DNA from: Podarcis liolepis
Lineage: Eukaryota
Reading direction: 5' to 3' (one strand)
NCBI GenBank assembly: GCA_965112155.1
Contig: OZ218099.1
Length of the DNA stretch: 64,000 bases
Shown: positions 62,317-64,000 of the stretch, piece by piece
How the letters are laid out: each line of letters opens with the position of its first letter
Position numbering within the stretch: the first letter of the stretch is position 1
Position numbers and translations under genes: made by a program
The notes under the pieces: model-generated
What the model was told of the DNA's origin: nothing
The model's database searches: none
Seen by the model: the letters and a program-made list of their open reading frames with translations, nothing else

Positions 62317-64000
62317 ATATTTGCATAGGGTTCTTCAAATTTCCCCACCTATTTTGAGTGGTTACTAGGAAATTGGGCCTTTTTGTTGGTGATATCCTGT
62401 CTACAGAATGCCCTTCCCAGAGGAGCTCACCTGGTGCCTATGCTATTCTCTTGGGTGCTAGGTTAAGTCCCACAGGCCTTTTAATACGCTTTTAACTATA
62501 CCCCACCCCCCAAAAATACTTTGGATCTTGAATTAGAATTGTCCTTGTATGTGGGCTTATGCTGGTGCAAAACTTCCAGCTTCTGTTTTCATATTGTTTT
62601 AAATGTTTTGTACGGTTGGTTTTTCATGATGGGGATATATTGTTTTTAACATGCTCTGAACTGCCTAGGGATAGGTAGAATGAACAAACAAACAAATAAT
62701 CAATGTTCCAGCAGGGATAATTACCAACAATTCCTTCGAAAAGATAAATATATTGTAGAAACTGGGTTAGTAAGTCAGTTACGTGAAATTTTGATTTAAA
62801 ATGTTGACTGGTGTATAAACAGTACTAAAGTACAAACAAATAGAATCCAAGGGTCATTCTTCAGTGTACTCAAATGAGCAAAACAACCTTTGAGATTAAT
62901 ACAGAAAGCAACGACATAGGAAGTATAGATGTATTTATTTAAAATGGTAACAGTGAATGGTGTTTTAAAATCTTAGGTTTATTTTGCCTTTTGAAAAATT
63001 TCTGGCTCAGTTCCTTGTGCTCTCTCTCTTTGTACAAAGAGACTTTGTACATTCCCTCATGTGGAACCTTCCAGAGACCACATGCCTGAGGTGAATGGGG
63101 CCAGAGCCAGAAGTCAGTAAAGCAATAGGTATGACTCTTACTTTTATGCAATGGGCTGCATTCCACCCCTGAAAAACTCAGAGGTTTCTGCTTCCCCCCA
63201 TCTCTCCATTCTCCAGCCAAGAAAGAAGCATTGTCTCGTTGCAAAGGCACATTCCAGACTGACAAAAGCCCTTGAGGAGGACATGGAGTGTGGCCAGTGA
63301 GGGGTGTGGCCTGGGGAGGCTAGGGGGACAGTGGCAGTCCCAAGGGTCAGATAGGGAAACCTTGAGACCTGTATTCAACCCCCAGGCACTTGGGTGTAGA
63401 CAATATTGATTAAGATGGACCGATGGTTTGACTAGGACTAGTTGATACAGTGAATATAGGTCTGTGGGTAGACACTGTGTGCATGCCAAAGCCTGTGGTG
63501 AGTATAACCACCTAGCTTATGGCTTTGGTGACTACATGCACCTCCAGCCTGTTATGGAGAGTTGCCTTTTAGTATCACATGCCTTTTTTGAAGCAGTAGT
63601 GCTGGCATGGGAACTCATTATAGCCACAGCAAGACTGAGCCATCTTGTTCTACCAGCTTGTAGGCCAAAGTGTCCCTATCCTAAAATAGTGGTGTAGCAT
63701 CCTAGTCCTAGAATAGTGGTGTAGCAGAAAAAAATACTGTAGTCGTGAATGCAGTAATTAGTAGTTCTAGAGAGGACAGAGAGCCACAGAATTCTGTCAA
63801 GATGTAGCACAGCTGACCTGCTACTGATTTTGCTGGCGTATGTACATGTGTAGCCATTTTAGATATACAATGTGTAATTTAAATAATGGTTTATTTTCTG
63901 TGATGTGCGCTATAAGGAAGAGAGTTATTTGGAGTCCAAGACAAGAGAGAATATGCTTGCTTATTCATGTTTCAAACATGGCTGGGAAAGTTAAGGAAAT

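Overview
Eukaryotic (vertebrate) genomic DNA from a squamate reptile, probably a lacertid lizard, judged from the Sauria SINEs and the hAT and Tc1/mariner MITE families present. The first ~37 kb holds the 3' part of CPEB4 on the + strand: exon 2 (122-203), the 24-nt neuronal microexon (20303-20326, ARTYGRRR, invisible to the ORF track), exons for RRM1, RRM2 and the ZZ domain (23948-33488), and a long, partly gapped 3' UTR with CPE and Pumilio motifs and several AATAAA signals. I could not find the 51-nt CPEB4 alternative exon 3 by eye. After a repeat-rich intergenic stretch, a CpG island (~49430-50030) starts a C5orf47 orthologue, which I assembled by hand (49538-49961, 52818-52906, 55948-56050, uncertain last exon). 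This matches the mammalian CPEB4-C5orf47 gene order. The most unusual non-genic structure is a ~119-bp-period GC-rich tandem array in a CPEB4 intron (26919-27613), where each unit can fold into two long hairpins; it sits in a truncated Tc1/mariner-type element. There are also nested and back-to-back transposon insertions with intact target-site duplications, and two speculative cryptic CPEB4 exons. I found no prokaryotic system, CRISPR array or recognisable ribozyme. Most ORF-track ORFs are spurious. Comparisons to human proteins and exon sizes are from memory, not from a search.
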